Assembly: GCA_001662655.1 (NCBI GenBank)
Contig: KV460207.1
Strand: one strand, 5' to 3'
From: Pseudogymnoascus verrucosus
Taxonomy: Eukaryota
Length of the DNA: 64,000 bases
Part shown: positions 10,164 to 25,990 of the stretch, piece after piece
How positions within the stretch are numbered: the first letter of the stretch is position 1
Layout: each line of letters starts with the position of its first letter
The notes under the pieces: generated by a model
What the model saw: only the letters and a program-made list of their open reading frames with translations
What the model was told of the DNA's origin: nothing
Database searches by the model: none
Position numbers and translations under genes: made by a program

Positions 10164-11985
10164 TTAGTGTTGCTCGTATTTTGGAGCTGGGGCACCGTTA
10201 TCTGTGAGACAGCGGATCAGCTTGGGGTTCCAAATCGAAGAGGGGTAAGGGCTAATGACGTTGGCTATACATCTGGCTTGGGGCCCCGTAGGGAGAAGCT
10301 GGGTATCCGGAGTACATGTGGCTATTACTGTACTCCTGAAGCTGCTGGACACCGCCGGATGGGGCCTGGTATTGGCCAGGAACTTGTGCACCAGGCTGGT
10401 AGCCGATCGGTGGAAGCTGGACCTGAGCGCGTCCAGGTTGTTGGTATCCAGGAGGAGGCTGGTTGCTGTCGTTCGGGTTTTGTCCGTCGGCTGGGTTGGG
10501 GACTTGGGCGGCACGGGCACGGTCGTCCTCAGCCTTGCGCTGTGCGTCTTCCTCCTTCTTGCGTGCCTTCCATTCCTTTCTGATCTCCTTGAACTCTGTG
10601 AGAGAAACAATGTTAGTGGATGGTTTGCATGTTTAAGTTGTGAAAGTAACGTGATCTGCCAAGTCCCAGACGTCTGGGTAGCCGATGCTAGCTAGCGCAG
10701 GACCGGACGCTTGCATGCCATAGTTCGGCGCCAACGCATGGCACCCTGCCCACGAGGCTAAAATATACAGCCCTGACACCACCATACGAGACAAGCATCG
10801 GCTTAAGCTCTGACAAGGGGAAATAATAGGACTGCGCGCGCCATCTCGAATTCCGGCCCCCAACGGCGGGAAGATGGTGTAACCAAACCACGCATAACGT
10901 GGGGCAACGAAATAATGGACTCAAACATACCTTCTGGAGTGCGCTTTTGGCCATGCGATTGCATAGTAACGTGAGCATTCAAATGATTAAGTGTGCCGTA
11001 GGCCTTCTCGCAGCCATTCCATCCGCACTTGTACATGCGCTCAATTTCTTCATAACGTCTCCTGGGGCGCTTGTGCTGTTGTGCACCGGGAATCGGGACG
11101 AAAGAGTAGACCTGGGAGAGAGGGTGCTGTACACAGTCAGTTGCGTTTCAATTATCGTATGTCTGTAAATGAGAAGTAGTCGAACGAGCCCAACAGGTCA
11201 TGAAATTAATCGCATGTCAAATGCCATTGCCTCGGATCATTTCATGCGCCGAACGCGAGTCAAGCCGCATCCAAGTGATACCCAGTTGTTGCTGGGCTCG
11301 CAAGAAAACGGCCATGACAGGCAACCCTGCGAACAGTTTGCGCGCGAGGACCGCGGCACAAATGGCGGCATGGAAGCATAAAAATACGAATACTTACTTG
11401 TCCTGGGCGGGGTCCTGACGGGGCAGCTGAGTTTGGGGCACTCACACCAGATGACGGGTATGGGGCAGGCATGCCATGTTGTGGGTGCTGGCCGTAGCCT
11501 GCCCAGTCGGGGCGGGGTTGCTGGGCGTACATCGGGCCACCTGGGTGCTGAGGATAGCCGTGCGACATCTCTTGTTGCGGTGGGTATGCAGAATAAGGGC
11601 CGCCGTGGGGAGGATATGTTGGGCTCGACGCAGCGATTGATGGATCTATAGGAACATCCTGGTCAGACTTGATTTGCTGAGCATGATGGTTTGAAGCGCC
11701 ATCTTGCAGAGGCAGAGACGGACTTGTTGGTTGCGCCATACCTCCACTGCTACCGCTATGGTTGCTTGATGGATAGTATTGACGTTGGATATGTTCTGGG
11801 AAAGAACTTGAACGCGCGGACGTGGGCGTCGCAGAGGCCGAGTAGTTGACGGGTCGGACTTCTTGAGCGGGATAGCTCGCGGGGGACTGGTGTTCGGCGG
11901 GGGAGTCGACGGACGCGTCGTTAAACGTTGGTGTATAGGGCGTATTCAAACCTGACCGCGAGAATTCGGATGCGCCACGTTCCAT
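10164..11985 (-). CDS. con7: CON7-like C2H2 zinc-finger transcription factor; exons approx. 11985-11400, 11126/11111-10931, 10595-~10261, optional last exon to 10164
   Basis: VYSFVPIPGAQQHKRPRRRYEEIERMYKCGWNGCEKAYGTLNHLNAHVTMQSHGQKRTPE|EFKEIRKEWK is the signature of the Con7 family. Confidence 0.85.
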
Positions 11986-14673
11986 AGAGCGGTGGACGGT
12001 TCTTCGCAAATGCGCCGAGGTTTGGTGCTCGAGGCTATCTTGACAACGGCGGTGCTTTTGTCTGTTCTTGGTCGCGCGTTTCAACGTATTTCGTGGAGTA
12101 TGCGCCGAGTGGTAGCGGGGGATATGAATTACTAGATGAGATGCTGTATAGACACCAAGGACGTGCTAAAACAGTCGCGTCGAGAGAAGCTCCTCCACAG
12201 CTATTCAAGTTCGATCTTTGTGGGTGTGTATATGAAAGAGATTCTTGAGCAAGCCCGGGGTTTTCGTAGTTTGGTGGTAGGCAGGCAGGCAGGTAAGACG
12301 GTAAGAGGGATGGTTCCAAGTCTAAGATTTAGATGGGTATAAGAAGCCGGCGGCGGGACGTGGGTGGTTGGTATTTGCGCAAAGCCGTCGATTGCAGCCC
12401 TGACTAGGAAAGCCACCGGTAAAGATTGACCAGAGGCCAAGAAGAAGATTAGCGGGTTTAGCAGCCGGGTTCGTGGGTTAGGCGGCTTTTTATTCGGGGC
12501 GGCGGGGTGGGGAGATGTGAGGGTGGTGTGGTGTGTGGTGGTGGTGTGTGTGGTGTGGTGCGTGATGGTGTAGTGTGGTATGGTATGTCGAGTATGTAGA
12601 GTATGTAGAGTAGTGTGGTGTGAGCAGTAGTTGAGTATTAGTGCGGCGTGTATGGTGTAGCGTGATGTAAGTTGCAAGTAGTCTCCGTCGAGTAGTGCGA
12701 GTAGTGTCGTTGAAGTAGTGTCGTTCGAGTAGTAGTGTGGAGTTTTTTGACCAAGTGGAGAAAAGTGATATACGTAGTATATGTAAGTATGAGTACTCGT
12801 ACTTCGTAGTTTAGTTCGTAGTAGTTCGTACGTAGCTTCCGTTGAGTGGTGTGATATTGGCTTTTTGGCGTGTACTAACTAGTACTCGTTCGTTTCGTAG
12901 TTTAGATGTTTTTGGGTGGAGGAAGGAGTGAGTGGGATGGAGTTTTGTTTCCTGGTTGGGGAGAGTAGAAGGAAAGAAGGATTCGGACTTCGGGGGGCAA
13001 AGTTTCTGTTTGTTGTTTTTTGTGTATGGGATTGCCACGGCCGGGCGGTGGGGGGGTGTGGGGGAAGGCGCAAGAGAGAGGGCAGAACGGAGAATCCGGT
13101 GTTCGCCTTCTGCTTCAGGCCTTTTTTTTTCTCTCGCCCTCTTTGGTTTCTTTGGGTGGAGAGTTTATTGGGGGTTGACTATGACCGTCGGCAGGTGTAG
13201 GCAGTTCAGATCTGGTCTGTCTATCTGTGTCTTGTCTGTACTGTCAAGATCGAGTAACTTTTTCGAAGTGGAGTAGAGTACTTGACTCTTCGCTCTATGT
13301 GCGAGTACCCAGCGGCGAGTTTGTAAGTACCACCCGTCGTACCGTACGAGTATTCTTTTTGAGTACAGTAGTAGTGTGGTTTCTGTGGTTCTGTAATAGT
13401 GGTAGTGTCGTAGTGTGTCGTAGTGGTGCAGATGCGAATGCAGAGTAGTAGTACTAGTTACTATAGTAGTAGACAGAGATGAGAGGTACAGCACGATCCT
13501 GTACAGCAGTATACTAGAGCTGCAGAGACGCGGAGACCTTAGAGCCCGATGCTTGCAGGTCTGATTTGCTGTTTCTAGCAACAGTACCACTTCTTCTACG
13601 TCTGTTTCTCCTCAGCTTCCTCTGCTTCCTTTTCCAAGGATTGTTTGCAGGCAAGGGCAAGACACAAACCCACCAGTACAGTACAGAGAGACAGGGCAGC
13701 TGGGCAGGGTCAAGATGCGCGGTCGGTAGATGATGTGATTGATGGAAGCACCTCCGCTACACCCAGACACAACTACGTAGATACTAAGATTTATGTCTTT
13801 CCAGAAACCGATACAAGATTGCCAGTTACAAGCAGAGTACCTCTCTCACACACAACGCACATACGTCTGACTTCACTACCGCCTCTGCCCTTATGAGAGA
13901 GTGGTAAGTGGGCGTAAGTGGGCGTAAGTGAGTGTGGGTGGTGGCGCTGGAGTGACTTGGGACTATACTCGGCGCGCACTCCCCTCCCGGCAGTAGTATG
14001 TCGCGTAGTCTGGGCGGGCGTGGGCGCGGGCGTGGGTTTTGGCGTAGCGTCCGTGTATCGCGTTGTGCTTCGATTGTGGGATGGGAAATTTTAGTGGGAG
14101 AGCGAGCAAGGTGGGAGTGGGAGTGAAAGGTGAGGATTGCTTGTACTACAGCGGAAAGTATTAGTTCGGTACTGGGGGGGATGGGATAGTGTGGGTAAGT
14201 AATGGGTGGGTGAGGGAAGGATGAAGGAAGGACCGCCGACGAGGAAAAAGAGTGGAAGCGGAGTTTCCATTAGCGTACGGAGGTAAGATAAATGTATGTA
14301 CTTCAACTACGTATGTACGTAGACTCTACTCTACTCTACTATGGTATTTTATTGTGGGCGTGGGGTCTTTGGGTCTGCTTCCCATCTTGCATTTAGCCTC
14401 TCGGCCGTCGGAAGTACAGCGAAGTACCCATACAGCCTATCTCCGTAGCGACTTCAGTAGTCGCGAGCTGTCGAGATACCTCTGTGTTTCCTGACGGAGG
14501 AATAATTGACCGAAACAGAATAGCCGATTCCCTCCCCCATGCTCTGCTACCGACCACCCACCACTGACCAGCACCGGCCAACTTACTAGCACCGCTTCCG
14601 TCCTAGCCTCCTGCGTCTCGCTGTAACTTGGCCCGGTGCGTCGTAGCCTCAGGTCATCTCGGACTAAAATTAC

Positions 14674-14691
14674 TGTGTGTGTGTGTGTGTG
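14674..14691. repeat. (TG)n microsatellite
   Basis: Run of TG dinucleotides. Confidence 0.8.
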
Positions 14692-17600
14692 TTATACTAT
14701 AGTACTATACTATAGTGCTATAGTACTACTGTAGTAAGAAACGACACCGTCGACGGCCTTAGTGCGCGGCTCTCTAACGACTGATTGAACTCTAAACGAT
14801 GATGCGCACTGGGATCACCCTGTTCTGGAAGATCCGAAGCCCGCAGAGCTGCCGATGGGATGATTCACCGTCATCGCCAATGGTGTCAAATAACACACGA
14901 TACCCAACCAGAACCATAGAAATAATATATATATTGTACAGTATTGTATGTAAATATTTATGTATGTTGTAGAGTATATGTACAGTACAAATACCCCCCA
15001 CCCTCTCTCTCTGCCCATCTCTCTCTCTCCTCACACGCCGCCCTCCTCTCAGCTGTCTCCATCATCTCCCACTCGGCTGCGTAAAATGAGTGGGTCGACA
15101 AAACAAACGCGGAAATCACTCCCACAAAAATGACGGAAATAACCAAAAACCTCACCATGATCCGTGCGGTGATAATCCATGGCATTTGCCTTACCCCTCA
15201 CAAAAATCTCATTTCTCTCATTGGCCACACAACGCCCATAATTCCCGCCCCTTTCGCTCATTAGAGATGGGATAGAAAACAAGAAAGGAGGCCACAAAGC
15301 CTCCGAGGCGCCCGATACTTCCTAATTGAATATCCAAGCAAGCAACTCCGTTGGTGTCGAACCTTAGTCTCCGTTCGTAGTGCGAAGTGCGTAGTGCTCA
15401 CTCTTCTTTTATCTCGGCCTCGGCAGTGATGGGCCGTGAAGTACCAGTCGTTGAGCCCTAAGTACTACTGGAAACTACTGCAAGTAACTTCCTTCCCAGT
15501 CCGCCGCCAAGCAGCCCACCAAAGTACTACGGTGTTTGCTGCATCACACACCCTTACAATATACTTCCTGCCAACCCTTCCTGCATTAGTAATGTACAAT
15601 GACTGTACTTTGCGTGTCTCATCGGTGGGGTTGTCCAAGGGATTGTGGTTGCGGGATGGATGGATGATCGCCCGTGGAGCACCTTTCGGGGGCGTGTTTT
15701 TGTCATGCAAAATTTATGGGACACTCATGGCTCCCCCCCTCCTCCCATCCCCATTCCCACACAACCATCCCACACCCACCACCACCAACCTTTCCTTAGG
15801 CAGCTCTACCTCACTCCCCTCCACCCCCCCAGTACCACTCCCAGTGTACTTACTGTATTCCCAGCAGCGAATTCCCAGCAACAATTCCCCGTACTCCCAG
15901 CTGCTAAAACACACGTACAGCGCGCTACTGTCGGATTCTGCTTCGTGGGGACCTTCCACGCTACCGGATAATCTCCGAGCCGGGTTTAAAAAGCTGTGGC
16001 TTTCTTCAATTACGCTGTGCCGCACCCCGTTTCGGTAACTAATCTGATCTAACCCTGGTTTCGAACAATTTGACTGTGCCGTTCTGTTCTGCGCGCTGTT
16101 ACTGCAACTCTACGCCCTTCCCTTCGCCCGCCACTCTCTCTCCCTCCCTCCTGATCGGTCCGTTCGAGGGAAAATGTGTGTGCCATACAGGTGCATACAA
16201 AAAGTCGGGGGACAGAGCACAGTTACAGCCAGTTCTGCCCACGTACTTCATTACTTCATGGGTACCCAACTTCGCGACGTACGTATCAACACCCTCTTCG
16301 GGACAAGCGTCGCTTCATTGCCCGCCTCTAGTGCGCTTTCGATGGTGCGCTAGGGGCGCGGTGGCTGGGGGACTGTGCTGAAAATGGCGGAATTAGGATA
16401 TTAGGACCATCTCTGGTTGCCCCCCCCCCTTGTGTCAATCGTGGAGATGGGTAATGCAAAGTATAATGTCCGGTGGCTCTCCGCACATACGCGAAAGGTA
16501 CCTCTGAAGATCAGCACATAATACAGTAATAATGGCGAGGTGGCTAGGGGTGTTGGCGTACTCATAAAGTACAAAGTGGACGAGCTCGGGGTTTGAGGTA
16601 CACAAGATACTTGCTCTCTCTCATCCAAGGGCATCCAAGCCAAGGGCAATCCGCAATCCCAAGGGCGAGCTACCGCGAACATTTGCCGTGAACCATTGGA
16701 GCAAGGAGCATCAAGAAGCTTCGTGGTTCTGCTGCCTGTCCCCTGTGTCTGTCCCATCGCCATGAGAGGAAGCCGCTCTTAGCACATGCGCTGGCAGGCA
16801 GATCGTGGCCATAGCACCTTAGCTCTCTGTGGCGGCGGTCAAACTTGTGTTGGTGGCCGTGCTGGTCTCCAGCTGGCGCAGATCAGAACATTAGCCAGAA
16901 TGTCAACTGCCACCCTACCCAGCACTACCAGGACCTGGCACCACACTGGTGTTGCCGCTGGTGCTGTTGCTGGTGCTGCCGCGCGCTGGTGCTGCCACTA
17001 CGCAGTACCACACCCCAGCACTAGCAGTTACTCTCCGATGGTCGCATTTGGCGGAGTGGTAAGCACTGTACCGCCTGCAGTCTGACACACCAACAATAAA
17101 TAAGATGCACGCTAATGGCTTCGGCGGATGCAACTAGGCACCGCGTGGCTTCGTTTTGGTGTGGGATGACGAAGGGGGATGCAATGCAGATGGGCCTTGC
17201 TAATCGCATGTGGCGTAGCCAGGCGAGATTGGGCAAGCCTGAGCATGACGCTCGCAGGCAAGGGCCCCGGAAGGGACGACACATGGGAATAAAATGCCTT
17301 TGGCGGGGAGCTCCGACGCTGGGTAAGCGGAGGAGGGAGTAAGGGACGACTGGGTCCAGCAATTAAATCCTTCGCTCCCTTCTTTTCAGATATTGATTGT
17401 GTTTTGTATCATGAATGCAGGCTTGCAAAACAACCTCATCTCGTTCGCAATGATTGTGATGCACCCAGCAGACCGCGTCGTCGTCAGCTCGGGCAAGGGA
17501 GAGGGCCGTGATGCCAGGGGGGGTGACAGGACCTTCCAAGCACGTGAGCGAAAACGGCAGGTGAGATACAGCATCGTGTGCCTCCACAACCTCCACAACA

Positions 17601-20132
17601 CACATCCAGCACCGTATTCCCGGCGGCAGAGATAGTGGAAATGCGCAGAAAGCGGGAGGAGGTCTACGCTCCGTAGTGATGCCCTGTTCCCACGACGTGG
17701 CTGGGGTGGCTTGCTCATGCCCCTCCCCCAGGCTCACTGTGTGCTCCGTGGCAGTGGGGGGAAAGAGTAGGGTAGGGTAGGGGAGAAGGGCCTTTCTTCT
17801 TGTCTTGTTTTGTCTTGTCTTGTCTTGTGTCTGAACTTTGGTAACGAAACGTATTTGCCCTTCCCTCCTTCCCACCCCTTCCCTTGCCTTTTCCCAAGAA
17901 ATTCGAATCCCACGTCGCATGTGTCGTTGAGTGCGGCAAGGATCTTCGACGCGTCGGGGAATCTGCGGATTCATTAATGTCCACTGGTCATGACTCGGTG
18001 GCTCCACCCAATACTAGACTCTGTACTCGTTACAGCACGGATACTACGAGCGCGTGCGTGAGCGAGTGCGAGTACGACTGAACGCGGCAGGGAGGAGCCT
18101 CGGTTGTATAGATTTGATTTTGAGTGGTGGTTGGTGGTAAAGTGAAGAACGGATCTCGAATCGAATTGTAAGCAGAGAAAAAAAAAGGGTACTCTGCCAA
18201 GCCAAGTACATGTACAGTACCGGTGGTGGTACAGTACTATAGTATTGTATGTACTGTACGGGGTATGATCTTGTACTGTCAGTGTTACTCTCTGTTAACA
18301 TGTGGATGGGGAAAAATAATATGGGAACGGCCTGCACCTCCTACCATACTGACAATTGAAATTCACCTTAAAGTGGCGGTGAAGCCGAATTCGCATCCGC
18401 CACAGCCGTTCATAAAATGCAAATCGCTTCTGACTCGAGCGAGACGAGCCCCAAAGATGATCCCAGATGTGCGTCTGGACTTGCTCGAGTCGACTTGCTC
18501 GCGTCGACTTTCCGCCGCCGTCCCTCAGGTCTCGCCCGTCTTGGTTCGGAGAGGAGATGAACCAAGGGAGATAATGCACCGTCACCATTCACGTAACCAA
18601 ACTTGTGCCGCCATGACAGTCAATCCTATGGCTTCGCTGTTATTGTTCGTCAACTTTTTTTTGTCCACCTTCTATTGTAAGTAGTATAGTACCCATTGTA
18701 CGCCCCATGTCCATATTCCCTGCCCATGTCAACAGCGTGTTCCGTATGGAGTACCCTGTCCCTCGTTCCTCCCCTCCCCATCCTACCCCCCACTCAAAAC
18801 CCCCACCCTCCCTGACGAGCAGAAGCGGCTTGAAGAAATGAGCAAGAGATTTGAACGGCAAACCCGGCAAAGACGGCAGAACCACGTATCTCTTACGTTT
18901 GTCGATCTGTCCTTCCTGTCGTGGCAATTCCGAGCTCAAGTGAAGGTACAGGTAGGTAGGTAGGTAGGTGCCTGCCCTCATCGATTTTCGCAGCGCGCGT
19001 TGTGTTTGTTCAAGAAAGACAAGGCAGCGAACACCACACTGTTTATTTATATTTATATATAAACGATGCTAGGAAAAGATGGCTGCAACCTGTCAACGGG
19101 CTGAAGTCATTATAACCTCTCCGCCCTAAAACATCACTGGCAGAAATCGACTAGCTAGGGAGAAAGGGGAGATAGCCTCTCCCACCGGCTTGGTAGCGGC
19201 CACGGAATACTAGATAGTAGCATAGTGCCTCTAAAATGATGCCCGCCAGCCATGCGACACCATGCGACACACCCACCACCACTGGGAAAAGAGAAGATCT
19301 TTGTATTTTTTCACTATAATCAGTGCTAGTCTACCGTGTGTCACCGTACCGAGTACATACATTTTCATTACTGGATTTATACTATCAGTAGTAGCAGTGG
19401 CCTGTCACTCACCACCACTCCCTCGTACCGTACACCACCTACCACCACCCACCACCACCTGTCAACATGCAGAGCGACAACACCAATTTAGTGCAGACAA
19501 CCAGGTAGGCATCGCGGCAAGGTAGTGACACTGGACTGGACTGGACTGGGCTGGTGCATCGACGACGAACGGATTACCGTAGTACAAGAATGATGCTCTC
19601 CATACCTTAGCACCAGGGGACCACGCGCCACCGCAGCAGGGACCTGGCTGGGTCTGGGGAAACCTGGCTGGACTGGGGGAAAATGATGCTTTACTAAAGT
19701 AGTAGAGTTGATTATTTTGGGTTGATTATTCATTTGGATCACTCGTATTTATGTTAATTTGAAATCATATTTTTATTTGATTCTTCTACAGCGAAGCTCA
19801 TGCAATCTAGGTCTTCTTGCGGCTATGAAAATGCTCCACAAACTGACGAACGAGCAATAGGCATCCGGGTCGGATCGAAGAGAAGCCTCCAAGACGCAAT
19901 CTACGGATGTAATGCCTCGTACACATCCCCTTTCTATAATACTGTAAAATAAGGAAATCCCCATGCTTTTATCCCCAGATATACGAAGACAGCAACCCCC
20001 CCAAAGCAATCTATCTCGCCCAACCAATGTGCAAAAAAACGCCAGAACAACCCATATCAAATGCGCAAAATTAATCGTCGAGTGTCGATAGCCGGTCTCG
20101 CGAGTTTAGTTGCTGGGATGCAACATCGACAT

Positions 20133-22744
<2,612 letters not shown>

Positions 22745-23391
22745 TCTTAAGACTCGTTGACGATGAAATGCGAGTGAATCGCGTTCCGAAATAGTATGAA
22801 TGAAGCTGCTCTGTTGTGATGTTTGGAGCTGCAAGTCTTGTCGATAAGGTGAGAGGGAGTTGTTGATTGTGTTTGATGGAAAGAATGATGGGGGGGATCG
22901 AACTGAAGTACTCAGTTGGGGAGAAAGGAATCAAAAATTATTTTTCGGAAGGGACTACCCTATTTTGGGCCTAGGGTCGAAGTTTCTACTTTGGTTGATA
23001 CGTGGTCACGTGATGTGGAGGTACAACAACGGTGATAAAAAAAGGCGCATACGATAATTTTACCACACTACCTCACCCCACCGTCCAAAAGTTGGTCGGG
23101 GGGCGAAGAAACAGCATACAAAATATAATGTTGGTCAAGTTTTATAGTTATAGTAACTATAAATAGATTATGAGCTTTCAATAACTTGGGAACTATTGGA
23201 GATTTTTAAAAAGCTAACTACTGAAAATTAATATAAATTAATAAGTTTCCTCAACTTTAATTCCAGCTATCAATGCTCATTTATACATGCTCTGCAGGCT
23301 TTCAGGCAGCACGAGTACATGTTTTCTATTCTCAGCCCAGTATTCCGAGAAATACAACAGATTCATCTATTCTACATATATATATATATAT

Positions 23392-25502
23392 TTATTTCTG
23401 TCCTTCTCCCATATTCCAGAAACCGGTTTCCATCTTCAGATAATCAGTGACATCGTTCATAGGTTCTGGAGACAGAGGAAAGCTTACATTAGTTGCATGG
23501 ATGAATATCTTGACCAGCTCCTCCAGCCGGCTGGGAGACAGTAGAAGTGCGTGCTTCTCAATAGTATCTATCACGAATGAGCATGGTCTTACCTGGTACG
23601 AAGTCAATTACTTACCTGACCCAACTTTAACAGCTTCAGCGAAATCATCAGCCACGTAATTCTCTATCCATTTCCAGTAAATGTTGCCTTCGCGCTTCGT
23701 CAATGGGTCATCGTAGAGCCTCCGAGCAATAACACCATAGCCGATTAAGCATGGTGCCATTGCAATCTGAAGTGCGAACCAGTCTTCCGAATGGCCAACA
23801 TCGAGAACATATCTGTCAAACATTAGTGACAGAGCATTGGATTGTGGAATATTCATTACCTTGTATATGCAGTACAAGCTTTCATAAATCATTAGTGATG
23901 CGTAAAATATATTGCCGAATAGCTGATACTCACCTTCATCTTCTTCGGTGGCAAGTATTTGCTCTTTGGAGACACCAAATGCCTCGCAGTACTCGACATG
24001 CAGATTCATCTCATGGATAATATGAGTAACCACCGTGGCCGACTTTTGAGTAGGTCAGAAAGATGGCAGTTATACTTGTTACACAATCGTACGTACCGCG
24101 GCGATTTCATCCAATGTTTTAGCTTTATAGCCAGCCAGGGCGGTTGCTCTGGCATATTGAACCTGGGGTTGATGAGTAAAGCGTACAAAAACCACCGATA
24201 CTGCTTACTAGGTATAGATAGTCTTGAATTAAATAATTCTTAAATAATTCCACAGGAAGTGTGCCGTCAGCAAGACGCTCCAAAAAGCGATGTTCCGTAT
24301 GCTTTTGCCATGCCACCTTTACGTCGGGCCTGTCAAGAAGGTACTCGATAAACCGGCCCCTATAACAGTGAGAAGATGCGCAATGTCCTGAGCGGGGGTT
24401 GACATACGGTGCAAAGGGCAAGGCGTAAACTGAGTGAAAATGGTTTATAGGGCCATTTCCAGCTCCAATATCTCTCGCAGTCCTGATACCCGCCTCCACA
24501 TACCTGCAGGCAGCTTTTACAGCCCTGTTGATATCGAAACCATTTGCAATATTCGAGGCAATTGCCGCTAACAGAGTTAAATTATGCCCCGTATGTAGAT
24601 AGAGGGGTGTTTGGACTCACAGGCCAAAGAGCAGCCAGTGCCGTGGGTATTTTTTGACTCCTGATAAACACTGTCGATCCGAATGAATGCACCGGCCCCA
24701 TACAACACATCAACTACCATTTCTTTCTCTGATTCGATCGAAGCCATGACACCATTGCTCTGAAGCGGTAAATGGCCGCCTTTAAGGAGGACAAACTCAG
24801 GACCGAGAGATTGAACGGTCTTGGCTATATTCACCAGGTCATCCACAGACGTAGGGGCCTCAGCATGTATCCCGGCATCACTGAGCAGAAGCATTGCTTC
24901 TGGTACATTTGGTGTAAGAATTGTAGCCAAAGGTAGCAGCTGTTCTCTCATTATTTTAATGGCGTCCTCAGGCAGGAGGTGAGAGCCACTGGTCGACACC
25001 ATTACCTCATTATTGTCAGAATAATACCATCGTTGCAACGGGGGAGACTCATACAGGATCAATGACGGTTTTCTTAACTTTATGCCGACGGAGAGCATCA
25101 GCTACAACCAGAACCGTTTCGGCAGAAGCCAGCATTCCTGAAATTATTAGTTATTGCCATACCCACCGGAGTGTCGGACAGCTGAGAGAGCACAGGATAT
25201 ATCCCGGGTAAATTACCTATTTTCACGACATCGACTGGAATATCATCGAGACAAGCATCAATTTGCTTGCGCACAAAATCCGAAGGCGTTGCTTGAATAC
25301 CAAAGACGCCTGTGGTATTCTGAGCAGTGAGAGCGGCCGTGGCAGTCATAGCATAACATCCATGGGCTGCAATGACTTTCTGGTCGGCCTCGAGCCCACT
25401 AAATTGATTGTAAGCATTTGTGATAACGTAGATCTGCCCCGAGACTTACGCCCCGCCAGAGCTATCCGACCCGGCAATCACCAGAATTCGTCCTTGGGCC
25501 AT
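23392..25502 (-). CDS. THI20: HMP/HMP-P kinase fused to a TenA (thiaminase II) domain, multi-exon
   Basis: MAQGRILVIAGSDSSGGA|GLEADQK, TATAALTAQNT, LTPNVPEA, KGGH, NTHGTGCSLA, IGAGNGPINHFH; TenA part FKNYLIQDYLYL, APCLIGYG, YWKWIENY, ETGFW. Confidence 0.92.
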
Positions 25503-25990
25503 TTTGGGTGGGAGATTTACAAGTCTTGTTAATCACGTAGTGGCATGAGCGACGACTTAAACAGTTGGGGAAATTTAGTTAGGTCAATAATTGTGATGGC
25601 GGGGTCCACCACATGTAGACGGATGTATAGTGGGGTTGAGTACCATTAGTCACGCAAACCAACTATAACATAAGAGCAATAATACTCACCAACATCATTG
25701 GAAAGTTTCAGATCGCTGTCTTTCGGATATTGAGACTCCAAACAAGAAATAAAGTACAATGAGCCGGCCTTATTATACCCTAAAACCCAATAGCCTTTCC
25801 CCACCTGTACATAACGGATACTTTTGTTACCCTTGATATGAACCCCCACTTGAGCATTCCCCCAATGTATAGTACACGCGATATCGAAGGGCGTTGATAA
25901 TGCAGTGCAATACGCATGGACAGAGCGGACAACATGTATTACCCCTCATTGTGGCCTGTTAACGGTACACTGGCGGAAAGATTCATGTTA

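Noticed and set aside
15436..18684. ORFs of 150-214 aa upstream of CON7
   Set aside because: Low complexity, non-ATG or weak starts, no domains and no codon bias like the real genes.
23392..25700. TPP riboswitch at the thiamine gene THI20
   Set aside because: Introns are short and I found no aptamer core (CTGAGA...TGAT...TAAT...AGCG) by eye.
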